34,425 nt of DNA from Gemmatimonadales bacterium (GCA_036560625.1 DATBQV010000372.1:1-34425); one strand, 5' to 3'; positions 1 to 10,169 are shown, counted from the stretch's first letter. Notes: generated from the letters alone by a model not told the origin. Numbers and translations: made by a program.

Positions 1-44
1 TGCTGAAGCCGAGGGCGGCGGGCGTAGGAGAGGCTGGCATCAGG

Positions 45-135
45 TGAGAAGTGAGAAGTGAGAAGTGAGAAGTGAGAGGGGCGAGGGGTGGCACGCCGTC
101 CTTCTCACCTCTCACCTCTCACTTCTCACCTCTTG
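45..135. repeat. Long imperfect hairpin made of tandem heptanucleotide repeats. Left arm is GTGAGAA x4 plus GTGAGAG at 44-78. Right arm is TTCTCAC/CTCTCAC x4 at 102-129.
   Basis: Read directly. Position i pairs with 180-i from 45/135 to 83/97: 39 positions, 3 A.C mismatches and a few G.T pairs. The loop is 13 nt (84-96). The right arm overlaps the stop codon (112-114) and the last 7 codons of aguB on the minus strand. Confidence 0.85.
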
Positions 136-1023
136 GTCCAGGTATCGCTTGGTGAGGTCGCCGTAAGCGTCTATCCGCCGGTCTCGCAGGAACGGCCAAT
201 GCGTGCGGCTTGCGTCCACCTTGCCCAGGTCGCACGCGGCGATGAGGACCTCCTCGCCCTGGCCGGCCTTGGCGAGAACGCGACCGCCGGGGTCGGCGAC
301 GAAGCTCCCGCCCCAGAACTCGATACCGCCGGTGGCGGGGCCTTCATGGCCCACGCGATTCACCGCACAGACGTACACGCCATTCGCGATGGCGTGGCTT
401 CGCTGGATCGTCTCCCACGCGGCCTGCTGCTGGGCACCGTGCTCCGCCTTTTCGGCCGGCAACCAGCCGATCGCCGTCGGATAGAAGAGAATCTGCGCGC
501 CCGCGAGCGCGGTGAGGCGCGCGGCCTCCGGATACCATTGGTCCCAGCACACGAGCACGCCGATACGCCCGACCTTCGTGTCCCACGCCAGAAAGCCGAG
601 GTCGCCGGGGGTGAAGTAGAACTTCTCGTAGTACTGCGGGTCGTCGGGGATGTGCATCTTGCGGTACTTGCCGAGGTACCGGCCGTCGGCGTCGATGATC
701 GCCGCGGTGTTGTGATACAGCCCCTCGGCCCGTCGTTCGAAGAGTGATGCGACGATCACCACGCCGAGCTCAGCCGCGAGCTTTGACAGCGTGCTCGTGG
801 TCGGGCCCGGCACCTGTTCCGCGAGCGCGAAGTGGCCGTGGTCTTCCGTCTGGCAGAAGTACTGGCTGCGGAACAGCTCCTGAAGACACACCAGCTCGGC
901 GCCCTTGGCGTGCGCCTCGCGAACGCCCGCGACGGCCTTGCGCACGTTTTCGTCGGGGTCGAGCGTGCAGCGGCTCTGCACCAGGCCCAGCGTGACCGAT
1001 CGCGCGGGAGTCGAATTCGCCAT
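112..1023 (-). CDS. aguB: N-carbamoylputrescine amidase (carbon-nitrogen hydrolase / nitrilase superfamily)
   Basis: 303-aa ORF. It carries CN-hydrolase motifs: ELVCLQELF (catalytic Glu), YRKMHIP (Lys), VLVCWDQWYPE (catalytic Cys) and ILFYPTAIGW. The overall layout matches AguB proteins I remember. Confidence 0.9.
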   Translation of the reverse strand: MANSTPARSVTLGLVQSRCTLDPDENVRKAVAGVREAHAKGAELVCLQELFRSQYFCQTEDHGHFALAEQVPGPTTSTLSKLAAELGVVIVASLFERRAEGLYHNTAAIIDADGRYLGKYRKMHIPDDPQYYEKFYFTPGDLGFLAWDTKVGRIGVLVCWDQWYPEAARLTALAGAQILFYPTAIGWLPAEKAEHGAQQQAAWETIQRSHAIANGVYVCAVNRVGHEGPATGGIEFWGGSFVADPGGRVLAKAGQGEEVLIAACDLGKVDASRTHWPFLRDRRIDAYGDLTKRYLDQEVRSER

Positions 1024-1042
1024 GGGGCAAAGATAGCGACGG

Positions 1043-2977
1043 CTACGGCTCGGGGGGACCGAGCTCGAGGCGCGCCCGTCTTAGGGGAAGCGGCCACCGG
1101 AGCGTGACGGATTCTCCCTGGCACGTGCGGTCGAGGCCGCGCTCCGACTTGGCGACGGTCTCGATTGGAAACTTCCAGCGATCGGGCTCGGGGGTTCCGG
1201 TGAGGGCGAGCGGCCGGAAGAGCGAGAGCTCGACCGCGAAGACCGCGTGCTCCGCGTCCGCGGTGGCGGGCCACTCGTAGTCGACGGCCAGTCGGCCGTC
1301 GGCGGCCACGTGCACCGTCTTCCGGAGCGGCGCGCCCTCCGTGTGAAAGCTGAGCCGCACTTCGATGCCGCCCGCGGCATCGGCAATCTGAAAATGCGCC
1401 GGCGCCCGCGCCCAGGAGCGCAACGGGGCATACGCCCCGCGGGCATAGGCGTCGAGCGAGAGATCGCCGGGAAGGACGCGATCGACGAAGATCGCGCGGT
1501 CGTCCGCGTCCACAGGCGGCTGCTCCGCGAGACGCAAGCCCGTTTCGAGGTCGTGAATGCTCGGCGCACCGCCGCCGGCGCCGTCGTGCCCGCCGCCCTG
1601 CTGGAGGGCCGTCACGTGATAGGCCTCGAGTCTTCGGGTGAGCACGTTGGCGAAGTTGATGCCCGGCCCGAACAAGGTCAGGTCCTCGACCGCGCCGCCC
1701 CGCCACGGGCTCACGACCACGGAGCAGCGGTCGGAGTGCACCCAGATTTCGTCGTGGCCGTCGGCGTCGAGATCGAGCACCTCCCAGGTGAGGCCCTGGC
1801 CCGCGCGAAGGCGAGCCTCCGCATCGGCCAGGTTGCGCCAGATCGCCTCGCGAAGGTGCGGCAGATAGAGTCCGCCGAAGACGCCGTGCCAGTACGCGTC
1901 GTTGCACTGTGCCCGCCCGATCGCCCGGCGCGCCTCGGGCGGATCGCCGCGGCGGCGGCACAGCGTGGAGAGCACCTGCATCTTCTTGTGCATCCGATTC
2001 GATTCGGGGTACTTCGCGAGGAAGTTCCGCCAGTGCGACCCCCGGACGAGCGCGCCGTCCGGCCCGGCCATCCGTTCCTCGCCGAGATCCTGCTCGAGAC
2101 GGTTGAGGCGGAGCGCGGGCTCGGGCGGGAGCGACCACGCTTCCATCTCCCGATAGGATGCGGTCGGCAGGTAGGCGATGCCGGCGCTCGGCACCTCCGC
2201 CAGCGCCTGCCCCAGCGTGCTGAGTCGGACCTCGCCCCGCGCGACCAGCTCGCCGATCGTGTGCACGAACCGGTCGAGCCAGCCTTGCTCGTACACCCAC
2301 TCTCGCGTCCCCGGCCAACCGCCGAACTTCTCTCCATCGTCGGCGAGCACCGCGAGCTGATGGCCCGCGGCTCGAAGTCCCTGCAGGTACGACGCGGTCT
2401 CCTCGGGTGGCCGGAAGGGGATGAGATAGCGAAGCCGCTCGTCGATCGGAAAGAGCGCCACGCGCCTGGTGTCGGACTCGGTCCAGTACGGGGCGTGCAG
2501 CCGCTCCCGCGGGAACCCGGAGACCACGAAGTGCCGGTCGTCCACCAGCGCGTACCGGACCCCCGCGTCGGCCAGGTCGGCGGCCAGCTCCGGCTCCCAG
2601 ACCCGCTCCGTGAGCCAGAGGCCGGTGGCGTCCACCCCGAAGCGGCGTCGCAGGGCCTCGCGCATCCACTGGATCTGCTCGACACGGTCCCGACGGGGGA
2701 GCGACGCCAGCACCGGCTCATAGAATCCCGACAGCAACAGCTCGACCCGGCCCTCTGCCGCGAGCCCGCCGAGCCGATCCATCCAGGCCGGAGCGCGCGC
2801 ATCGAGCCAATCGAACAGCGGTCCGGAGACGTGGAGGACCATCGGGAGAAAGTCCGCGCCCGCGAGTCGGTCGAGCAGCGGTGCATAGACGTCATCGAGG
2901 TGCTGCTGGAAGACGTGGTCGAAATTTCCGACCGGCTGGTGGAGATGCAGGCCGAAGACGAAGCGGATCGGCGCCAT
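1043..2977 (-). CDS. GH57-family 4-alpha-glucanotransferase / alpha-amylase-like protein (about 644 aa)
   Basis: GH57 signatures: FGLHLHQPVGNF near the N-terminus, WLTERVWEP (nucleophile Glu region) and LADDGEKFGGWPGT (acid/base Asp region). The start is set at ATG 2977 (MAPIRFVFGLHLHQP), 1 nt after the upstream gene's stop (TGA 2979-2981). The ORF-track start at 3055 would overlap the upstream CDS by 77 nt. Confidence 0.85.
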   Translation of the reverse strand: MAPIRFVFGLHLHQPVGNFDHVFQQHLDDVYAPLLDRLAGADFLPMVLHVSGPLFDWLDARAPAWMDRLGGLAAEGRVELLLSGFYEPVLASLPRRDRVEQIQWMREALRRRFGVDATGLWLTERVWEPELAADLADAGVRYALVDDRHFVVSGFPRERLHAPYWTESDTRRVALFPIDERLRYLIPFRPPEETASYLQGLRAAGHQLAVLADDGEKFGGWPGTREWVYEQGWLDRFVHTIGELVARGEVRLSTLGQALAEVPSAGIAYLPTASYREMEAWSLPPEPALRLNRLEQDLGEERMAGPDGALVRGSHWRNFLAKYPESNRMHKKMQVLSTLCRRRGDPPEARRAIGRAQCNDAYWHGVFGGLYLPHLREAIWRNLADAEARLRAGQGLTWEVLDLDADGHDEIWVHSDRCSVVVSPWRGGAVEDLTLFGPGINFANVLTRRLEAYHVTALQQGGGHDGAGGGAPSIHDLETGLRLAEQPPVDADDRAIFVDRVLPGDLSLDAYARGAYAPLRSWARAPAHFQIADAAGGIEVRLSFHTEGAPLRKTVHVAADGRLAVDYEWPATADAEHAVFAVELSLFRPLALTGTPEPDRWKFPIETVAKSERGLDRTCQGESVTLRWPLPLRRARLELGPPEP

Positions 2978-2978
2978 G

Positions 2979-4667
2979 TCAGCCCAGGGCGAGACTGCGG
3001 GAGCCGCTGAGCGCGGCGGCGACCGCGGGCAGGATGTCCGGGAACAGGTGGTCACGCCGGCTCAGCGTGGCCGCGAGCGCCTGGCCCTCCGCGAGCGAAG
3101 TATCACTCCCCGGCGTCATCGCGGCGAGCAACTTCTCAGTCTCGACGCAATGCTGGGTGAACCGGCGTACGGCGTAGTCCGCGACAGCGCCCGTGGAAAT
3201 GATGAACTGCCAGTCGGACGACTGGGTGAGCAGGAGTGATCGCGCGGCCTGCGCCAGCACGGGCCGGGTCGACGGCTGCGCCATGGCGTCGCCGGCCAGG
3301 TCCCAGAAGCGTTGTTCGAGCGGCCAGATCCGCTCCCAGGTCCAGGCGGTCTCGGGCCCGAGCCACATGGAGTAATCCCCGTTGGCACCCCAGGTGCCCT
3401 CCGGGAGCCGGATCGCCACGCGGGGTGCGTGATCCGTCATGTGCCTGGAGCCCGTCACCGGGCGCACCCGGTCCTGCTGCGGCAGGGCCCGGTAGACGTC
3501 GCCCAGAAAATCCGGTCCTTCGAACCACCAGTGCCCGAAGAGCTCGGTGTCGAACGGAACGGCGATGACCCCGTCCGGGCCGGGCGAGGCGGTCTCGGCG
3601 ATCCGGCCGAGCAGCGCGGCGAAGTGCTGCGCATGGCCGTGCGCATGGCCGCGGGCGTCGGCCGGATCGTAGGGCTGCTTGCCGCCGAGATCGACTCCGT
3701 CGCCGGTGACGCGCCAGAGCTTGAGCCCGCCGGGCCAGCGGATCTTGTGGAACTCGAGATATTGGGCCGACCCGGGATATCCGTGATGCCGGCTCCAGAC
3801 CTGCATGGACGCGCGGGGATCGCGCACGTAGGCGGCGACGGCGTGGGTGCCTCGTGAGGGCGAGATGCGATACGCGCGGTACGGCGACCGGAGCGCATGC
3901 TGCGCGGCCAGCTCCTCGCCCTCGGCGGCTTCACGCGGGCCCACGAGCGGATCCCCGTACACGCCGAGCGGCCGCCCCGCCGCCGCGAGGTGGGCGTCCA
4001 CGAAGAAGAACGTGAACCCGGCGTCGGCCAGGTGCTCTTCGATGCCCCGGCGGACGCCGGCCTTGGGTGCCGTGGGCCAGGGCGCCCAGGGCCCCCGTGC
4101 CCGGTACGCGCACTCCGGCAGCCAGCAGCCGGCCGGAGCGCGGCCGAACAGCCGCCGGTGCTCGGCCACGCCGACGGCGAGCTGGAGCCGGATGCTCTCG
4201 TCCCGGGCGAGGAGCGGCAGGAAACCGTGGGTAGCCGCGGAACCGAGGATCTCGATCCGGCCGCGCGTCTCGAGGTCGCGGAATGCGCCCACGAGATCGG
4301 AGCCGGTAGCCCGGAAGAGGTCCCGGAGCCGCACGAACCGGTCACGCCAGTAGCGCACGAGCGGCAGGAGATGCGGCTCGGTCGCGGCGATGTCGAGCGC
4401 GGCCTGGTCACAGGCCTCGAGCCGCTGGGCGACGAACGCCTCCAGCTCCTCGACGAAGACGGGGCTCGCGAGCTGGTTGGCGAGCACCGGCGTGAAGCCG
4501 ATAGTGACGGGAGCCGGGACGTGCTCGTGGTCGAGCGCGCGCAGCGTCTCGAGCAGGGGCAGGTAGGTGTCGAGCGCGGCTTCGCTGAGCCAGTCGCTGC
4601 CGTGGGGCCAGCGCCCGTGGTTGAGGACCCACGGGAGGTGGCTGTGGAGCATCAGCACGAAGTCCAT
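2979..4667 (-). CDS. GH57-family 1,4-alpha-glucan branching enzyme
   Basis: 562 aa. MDFVLMLHSHLPWV at the N-terminus, CWLPECAY (nucleophile Glu) and PFDTELFGHWWFEG (acid/base Asp) are the hallmark motifs of Thermus/Thermococcus-type GH57 branching enzymes. Confidence 0.9.
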   Translation of the reverse strand: MDFVLMLHSHLPWVLNHGRWPHGSDWLSEAALDTYLPLLETLRALDHEHVPAPVTIGFTPVLANQLASPVFVEELEAFVAQRLEACDQAALDIAATEPHLLPLVRYWRDRFVRLRDLFRATGSDLVGAFRDLETRGRIEILGSAATHGFLPLLARDESIRLQLAVGVAEHRRLFGRAPAGCWLPECAYRARGPWAPWPTAPKAGVRRGIEEHLADAGFTFFFVDAHLAAAGRPLGVYGDPLVGPREAAEGEELAAQHALRSPYRAYRISPSRGTHAVAAYVRDPRASMQVWSRHHGYPGSAQYLEFHKIRWPGGLKLWRVTGDGVDLGGKQPYDPADARGHAHGHAQHFAALLGRIAETASPGPDGVIAVPFDTELFGHWWFEGPDFLGDVYRALPQQDRVRPVTGSRHMTDHAPRVAIRLPEGTWGANGDYSMWLGPETAWTWERIWPLEQRFWDLAGDAMAQPSTRPVLAQAARSLLLTQSSDWQFIISTGAVADYAVRRFTQHCVETEKLLAAMTPGSDTSLAEGQALAATLSRRDHLFPDILPAVAAALSGSRSLALG

Positions 4668-4678
4668 CTGGGCTCCGG

Positions 4679-6118
4679 TCAGGCGCGGGGCCCCCGGGCC
4701 ACGACGCGCCGATAGACGTCAATGTACGCGGAGACGGATCGTTCCCAACTGAAGTCCCGCGCCATGGCCTCGCGCATCATGCGCGTGCGGTCGGCGGGGC
4801 GTCCGTAGAGCGAAAGCGCCCGGAAGGCCGCCTCCTCGAGCGCCGTGGCCTCGTAGGCGTCGAACAGGAAGCCGGTCACGCCGTCCTCGATCGTGTCCGC
4901 CAGGCCGCCGACGCGCCGGGCGACCGGCAGTGAGCCGTATCGCTGGGCCCGCATTTGCGTGAGGCCGCACGGCTCGTAGAGGGAGGGCATGAGGAACAGG
5001 TCGACACCGGCCATGAGCCGATGCTCCAGCGGATCACGGAACGCGAGCTGTACGCCGATCCGCCCCGGTGCCGCGCGGGCGAGTCCCGCGAGGGCTTCCT
5101 CATAGCGCGGATCGCCGCTGCCGAGAAAGACGAACTGGGCATCTTCCTGGAGCAGCTGCCGGCTCTCGAGGATCAGGTCGAGGCCTTTCTGCTGGACCAG
5201 GCGCCCGGCCATGCCGAAGAGCGGCGTCGCGGGATTCTCGGGCAGCCCGTACGAGCGCTGCAACGCCGCCTTGCAGCGCTGCTTGCCCGCGAGGTCCTGC
5301 ACCCCGTAGCGCGCGAGAATCTGCGGATCGGTCGCGGGATCCCACACCGTCTGATCGATCCCGTTGACGATGCCCACCAGCCGGTCACCAAGCGCCTGGT
5401 ACATGTCGTGCAGCCCGAAGCCGCCGCCCGGCGTGCAGAGCTCGATCGCCTGCGTCGGGCTTACCGTGATGGCGCAGTCGGCGAACGCGAGTCCGCCCTT
5501 GAGGAAGTTCACCTTGCCGTACCATTCGAGCTGGTGCCAGTTGTACAGCTCGACCGGGAGCCCCAAGTCCAGCATGGCCTCCGGCCCGAAGTGACCCTGA
5601 TAGCCGGGATTGTGGACCGACAGGATGGCGAGCGCGTCCCGGGCCCACGGCTCCCGGGCCACGACGGTGCGCAGGTAAATGGGCGCCAGGGCGGTGTGCC
5701 AGTCGTGGGCGTGAAGGATCAACGGCCCGGACGCCACGCGCGGCAGGGCCAGGCAGGCGGCGAGCGCGAAGAAGGCGAAGCGCCGCGCGTTGTCGGGATA
5801 GTCCCGACCCTGCTCGCCGTAGATGCCGGCGCGGTTGAAGAAGTCGAGGTGCTCGATGAAGAACACCCGCGGACCGGACTGCGCGGCGCTGCCCGCGATC
5901 CGGAAGATCCGCGCTTCTTCGACCCGGGATCCCAACGGGACGCGGATCGGCGGACCGACGGGTTCCAGGTCGGGCGCTTCGTCGTGCACCGTGCGATAGA
6001 GCGGCAGGAGGACGGTGGCCGGGAGGCCGGACGCCTGCTGGAACGACGCGAGTCCCATCACGGCCTCGGCAAGCCCGCCGGTGCGCGCGTAGGGAAAGTA
6101 CTCGGCCGTGAGGTGCAC
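4679..6118 (-). CDS. glgA: Glycogen synthase (GT5, ADP-glucose type)
   Basis: Motifs: HLTAEYFPYARTGGLAEAV (K/R-T-GGL motif), HAHDWHTAL, and PSLYEPCGLTQM near the C-terminus. The start is uncertain. GTG at 6118 gives a typical N-terminus and no overlap with glgP. ATG at 6199 would add 27 Arg/Pro/Ser/Thr-rich residues and overlap glgP by 68 nt. Confidence 0.88.
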   Translation of the reverse strand: MHLTAEYFPYARTGGLAEAVMGLASFQQASGLPATVLLPLYRTVHDEAPDLEPVGPPIRVPLGSRVEEARIFRIAGSAAQSGPRVFFIEHLDFFNRAGIYGEQGRDYPDNARRFAFFALAACLALPRVASGPLILHAHDWHTALAPIYLRTVVAREPWARDALAILSVHNPGYQGHFGPEAMLDLGLPVELYNWHQLEWYGKVNFLKGGLAFADCAITVSPTQAIELCTPGGGFGLHDMYQALGDRLVGIVNGIDQTVWDPATDPQILARYGVQDLAGKQRCKAALQRSYGLPENPATPLFGMAGRLVQQKGLDLILESRQLLQEDAQFVFLGSGDPRYEEALAGLARAAPGRIGVQLAFRDPLEHRLMAGVDLFLMPSLYEPCGLTQMRAQRYGSLPVARRVGGLADTIEDGVTGFLFDAYEATALEEAAFRALSLYGRPADRTRMMREAMARDFSWERSVSAYIDVYRRVVARGPRA

Positions 6119-6131
6119 GACCGAGAGGGAA

Positions 6132-8285
6132 CTATCCGGTGGGTGGGTCGTCGGCGGACGACTCGCCCCGGAACGCGGGCGCGTAGTACTTCTGGACATA
6201 CTCTTGCATCATCCGCCGGGCCGTGAATCGCGCCCCGCCGAGCCGAATGGAATAGCGCATCCTTTCCACCCAGCCGAGCGGCACGCCCCGCGTATCCCGG
6301 TTGTAGTAGAGGGGGATCACCTGCTCCTCGAGCAGGTTGTAGAATCGCTCTGCATCTGCGGCGTCCGCGTCGTCGTGCTCACCCGCCTGGGGAATCGCCC
6401 AGCCGGACAATCCATCGTACGCCTCTTTCCACCACCCGTCCAGCGTGCCCAGGTGCGGCACGCCGTTGAGCGCGGCCTTCATCCCGCTCGTGCCGGACGC
6501 CTCGAGCGGCACGCGGGGAAGATTGAGCCACAGATCGGTGCCCTGGACCAGCACGTGGGCCAGGTGCATGTCGTAATCTTCGATAAAGGCCACGCGGCCC
6601 TCGAACGCCGGGTCGCGGGTGAACTGGTACACGCTCTGGAGCACTTCCTTGCCCGGATTATCCGCCGGATGCGCCTTGCCGGCGAAGACGATCTGCACCG
6701 GCCGCCACGGGTTGGTGAGCAGGCGACGCAGGCGCTCGAGGTCGCGGAAGATCAGGTTCGCGCGCTTGTACGTCGCGAAGCGGCGGGCGAACCCGATCGT
6801 CAGCGCGTGCGGGTCGAGCAGCGTCCCCGCGCCCACCACCTGGGCGGCCTCCTTGTGCTGGCCGGCGAACCGGTGGCGCGTATCCTCGCGGATGTAGTCG
6901 TGGAGGACGTCCTTGAGCTGGCCGTGCGCCTGCCACAGGGCCGCATGGTCGAGCGTGAGGACGTGATCCCACATCGCCACGTCGTCCTCGCGGTCGCTCC
7001 ACCCCGGTCCCATGTGCTGGTCGAGCAGTCCCATGATCGGCGCGGCCATCCACGTGGCCAGATGCACGCCGTTGGTGACGTGGCCCACCGGGATCGTTTC
7101 CCACGGCCGGTTGGGCCAGAGGTCGCGCCACAGGTGGCGGGAGACCTGACCGTGCTGGCGGGAGACGCCGTTCACCTTCGACGAACAGTGGATGGCGGTC
7201 ACGGTCATGTGGAAGCGATCGGGCAGGGCCGGATGGCGCCCCAGGTGGAAGAACGCGTTTCGATCCACGCCCATCTCCTCCCACACGGGGCCGATGCAGG
7301 CCGCGACGTCGTCGGCCGCGAAGGCATCGTGCCCGGCGGGCACCGGCGTGTGGGTCGTGAAGATGCTGCGGCTCCGCACCTCGCGGACGGCGTCGGTGAA
7401 CGACGTGCCCTTTGCCGTCAGCTCGCGGATGCGCTCGATCATCATGAACGCGGCGTGGCCTTCGTTGGCGTGCCACACGGCGGGGTTGATCCCGACCGCC
7501 CGCAACATCCGGACACCGCCGGCCCCCAGGATCCACTCCTGGCGCAAGCGCAGCTCCGGTCCGCCGGCGTACAGCTTGTTCATGAGCAGGCGGTCTTCCG
7601 GATGGTTCGCCTCGAGGTTGGTGTCGAGGAGATACACGGGGACCCGCCCCACCGTCATGCGCCACGCACGGAGCTGTACCGGTCGGCCGCCGGTCTCCAC
7701 CGTGGCGAGAAATGGCTCGCGGCCCGGGCCCGTCACCCGCTCGAGCGGGGTCCGGCTGACGTCGTACTCCTCGTCGCTGTCTTCCTGCCATCCGTCGAGC
7801 CGCAGCCGCTGGTCGAAGTAGCCCTTCATGTAGAAAAGCCCGACGCCGATCATCGGCACGCCGAGATCCGACGCCGACTTGCAGTGATCGCCGGCGAGCA
7901 CCCCGAGGCCGCCGGAGTAGATGGGTACCGAGGCGTGGAGCCCGAACTCGGCGCAGAAGTAGGCAAGGGGACCGTCGCTGTACCCGTCATACGCCCGATT
8001 GAACCAGGTATCCGGCGTCGTCAGGTCGTGGGTCATGCGGCCCATGACCTCGTCGTAGCGCCGGAGGAAATCGGTATCGCTCGCGCACGCGGCGATCCGC
8101 GCCGGATCGACGCGGCAGAGCAGGTCGATGGGATTGTGCCGGACGCGGTGCCAGAGCAGTGGGTCGATGGAGCGGAACAGCGTCCGCGCCTCCCGCGTCC
8201 AGCTCCACCAGAGGTTCATGACCATCGAGGACAGGCCCTCGATGCGGGCGGGCAGGTACGGAACGCGGGATTGGGCCGTAAGCAT
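6132..8285 (-). CDS. glgP: Alpha-glucan (glycogen/maltodextrin) phosphorylase, GT35
   Basis: Motifs: NLWWSWTREA near the N-terminus, YSGGLGVLAGDH, and EASGTSGMKAALNG (PLP-Lys region). The start is set at ATG 8285 (MLTAQSRV...). The extra 23 codons of the ORF-track start (8354) are encoded by the heptad-repeat hairpin. Confidence 0.9.
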   Translation of the reverse strand: MLTAQSRVPYLPARIEGLSSMVMNLWWSWTREARTLFRSIDPLLWHRVRHNPIDLLCRVDPARIAACASDTDFLRRYDEVMGRMTHDLTTPDTWFNRAYDGYSDGPLAYFCAEFGLHASVPIYSGGLGVLAGDHCKSASDLGVPMIGVGLFYMKGYFDQRLRLDGWQEDSDEEYDVSRTPLERVTGPGREPFLATVETGGRPVQLRAWRMTVGRVPVYLLDTNLEANHPEDRLLMNKLYAGGPELRLRQEWILGAGGVRMLRAVGINPAVWHANEGHAAFMMIERIRELTAKGTSFTDAVREVRSRSIFTTHTPVPAGHDAFAADDVAACIGPVWEEMGVDRNAFFHLGRHPALPDRFHMTVTAIHCSSKVNGVSRQHGQVSRHLWRDLWPNRPWETIPVGHVTNGVHLATWMAAPIMGLLDQHMGPGWSDREDDVAMWDHVLTLDHAALWQAHGQLKDVLHDYIREDTRHRFAGQHKEAAQVVGAGTLLDPHALTIGFARRFATYKRANLIFRDLERLRRLLTNPWRPVQIVFAGKAHPADNPGKEVLQSVYQFTRDPAFEGRVAFIEDYDMHLAHVLVQGTDLWLNLPRVPLEASGTSGMKAALNGVPHLGTLDGWWKEAYDGLSGWAIPQAGEHDDADAADAERFYNLLEEQVIPLYYNRDTRGVPLGWVERMRYSIRLGGARFTARRMMQEYVQKYYAPAFRGESSADDPPTG

Positions 8286-8308
8286 GAAGGAAGAAGGTAA
8301 TCCGACCG

Positions 8309-8393
8309 GGTGAACAGTGAACGGTAAACAGTGAACGGGAGTTTCATGCGTCATCGCAAACGCCCGTTCACCGTTGACTGTTCACCGTTCACC
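8309..8393. repeat. Heptanucleotide-repeat hairpin, GTGAAC flavour. Left arm is GTGAACA GTGAACG GTAAACA GTGAACG GG. Right arm is CC CGTTCAC CGTTGAC TGTTCAC CGTTCAC.
   Basis: Read directly. Position i pairs with 16702-i from 8309/8393 to 8339/8363: 31 positions, 3 mismatches and 1 G.T. The 23-nt loop can fold further (GTTT 8341-8344 with AAAC 8358-8361; GCG 8348-8350 with CGC 8355-8357). It lies 5 nt downstream of the ettA stop (8398-8400) on the minus strand. Confidence 0.85.
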
Positions 8394-8397
8394 GCAG

Positions 8398-10074
<1,677 letters not shown>

Positions 10075-10169
10075 AGGGGGCCAAAGATACACTGCGGAGC
10101 ACCGAACGGGGACCGCTCGACGACCTACAATTCTGTGGCCCGACTCGATCAGACCCTGGGGGAGGCAGA

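Noticed and set aside
44-135. The possibility that the repeated GTGAGAA units, and those at 8309-8393 and 28903-28969, form a CRISPR array or coding repeats.
   Set aside because: The units are 7 nt, directly abutting with no spacers, and mirrored by a reverse-complement arm. No cas genes are present. A period of 7 is not a multiple of 3.
756-2669. A 637-aa ORF on the minus strand in an alternative frame across aguB and the GH57 gene, plus many other 60-400-aa same-strand alternative-frame ORFs throughout the track.
   Set aside because: The translations are extremely Arg/Pro/Ala/Gly-rich. They overlap well-supported genes in another frame and cross a gene boundary. They are a frame artefact of GC richness.
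2978-3055. A 26-codon N-terminal extension of the GH57 glucanotransferase ORF. The analogous extensions of thrB (18014-18274) and glgA (6119-6199) were also noticed.
   Set aside because: Each extension lies inside the upstream gene. Shorter starts give canonical family N-termini and the 1-4 nt junctions seen elsewhere in the window. The glgA case remains genuinely ambiguous.
6108-8300. A 730-aa ORF on the + strand covering almost exactly the same span as glgP. Similar gene-length antisense ORFs occur at 8374-10173, 10149-11483, 18889-20520, 20600-22144, 22154-23584, 26325-27572, 29095-31533 and 32645-34141.
   Set aside because: These are shadow ORFs typical of GC-rich genomes. Each lies opposite a CDS with clear family motifs. 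Their translations are Arg/Gly/Pro/Ala/Asp-rich low-complexity strings with no recognisable motifs. Stop codons are simply rare in the antisense frames of high-GC3 genes.
8286-8354. An N-terminal extension of the glgP ORF (MTHETPVHCLPFTVHPVGLPSSF).
   Set aside because: These codons are the heptad-repeat hairpin read as protein. The internal ATG at 8285 gives an N-terminus typical of the family.
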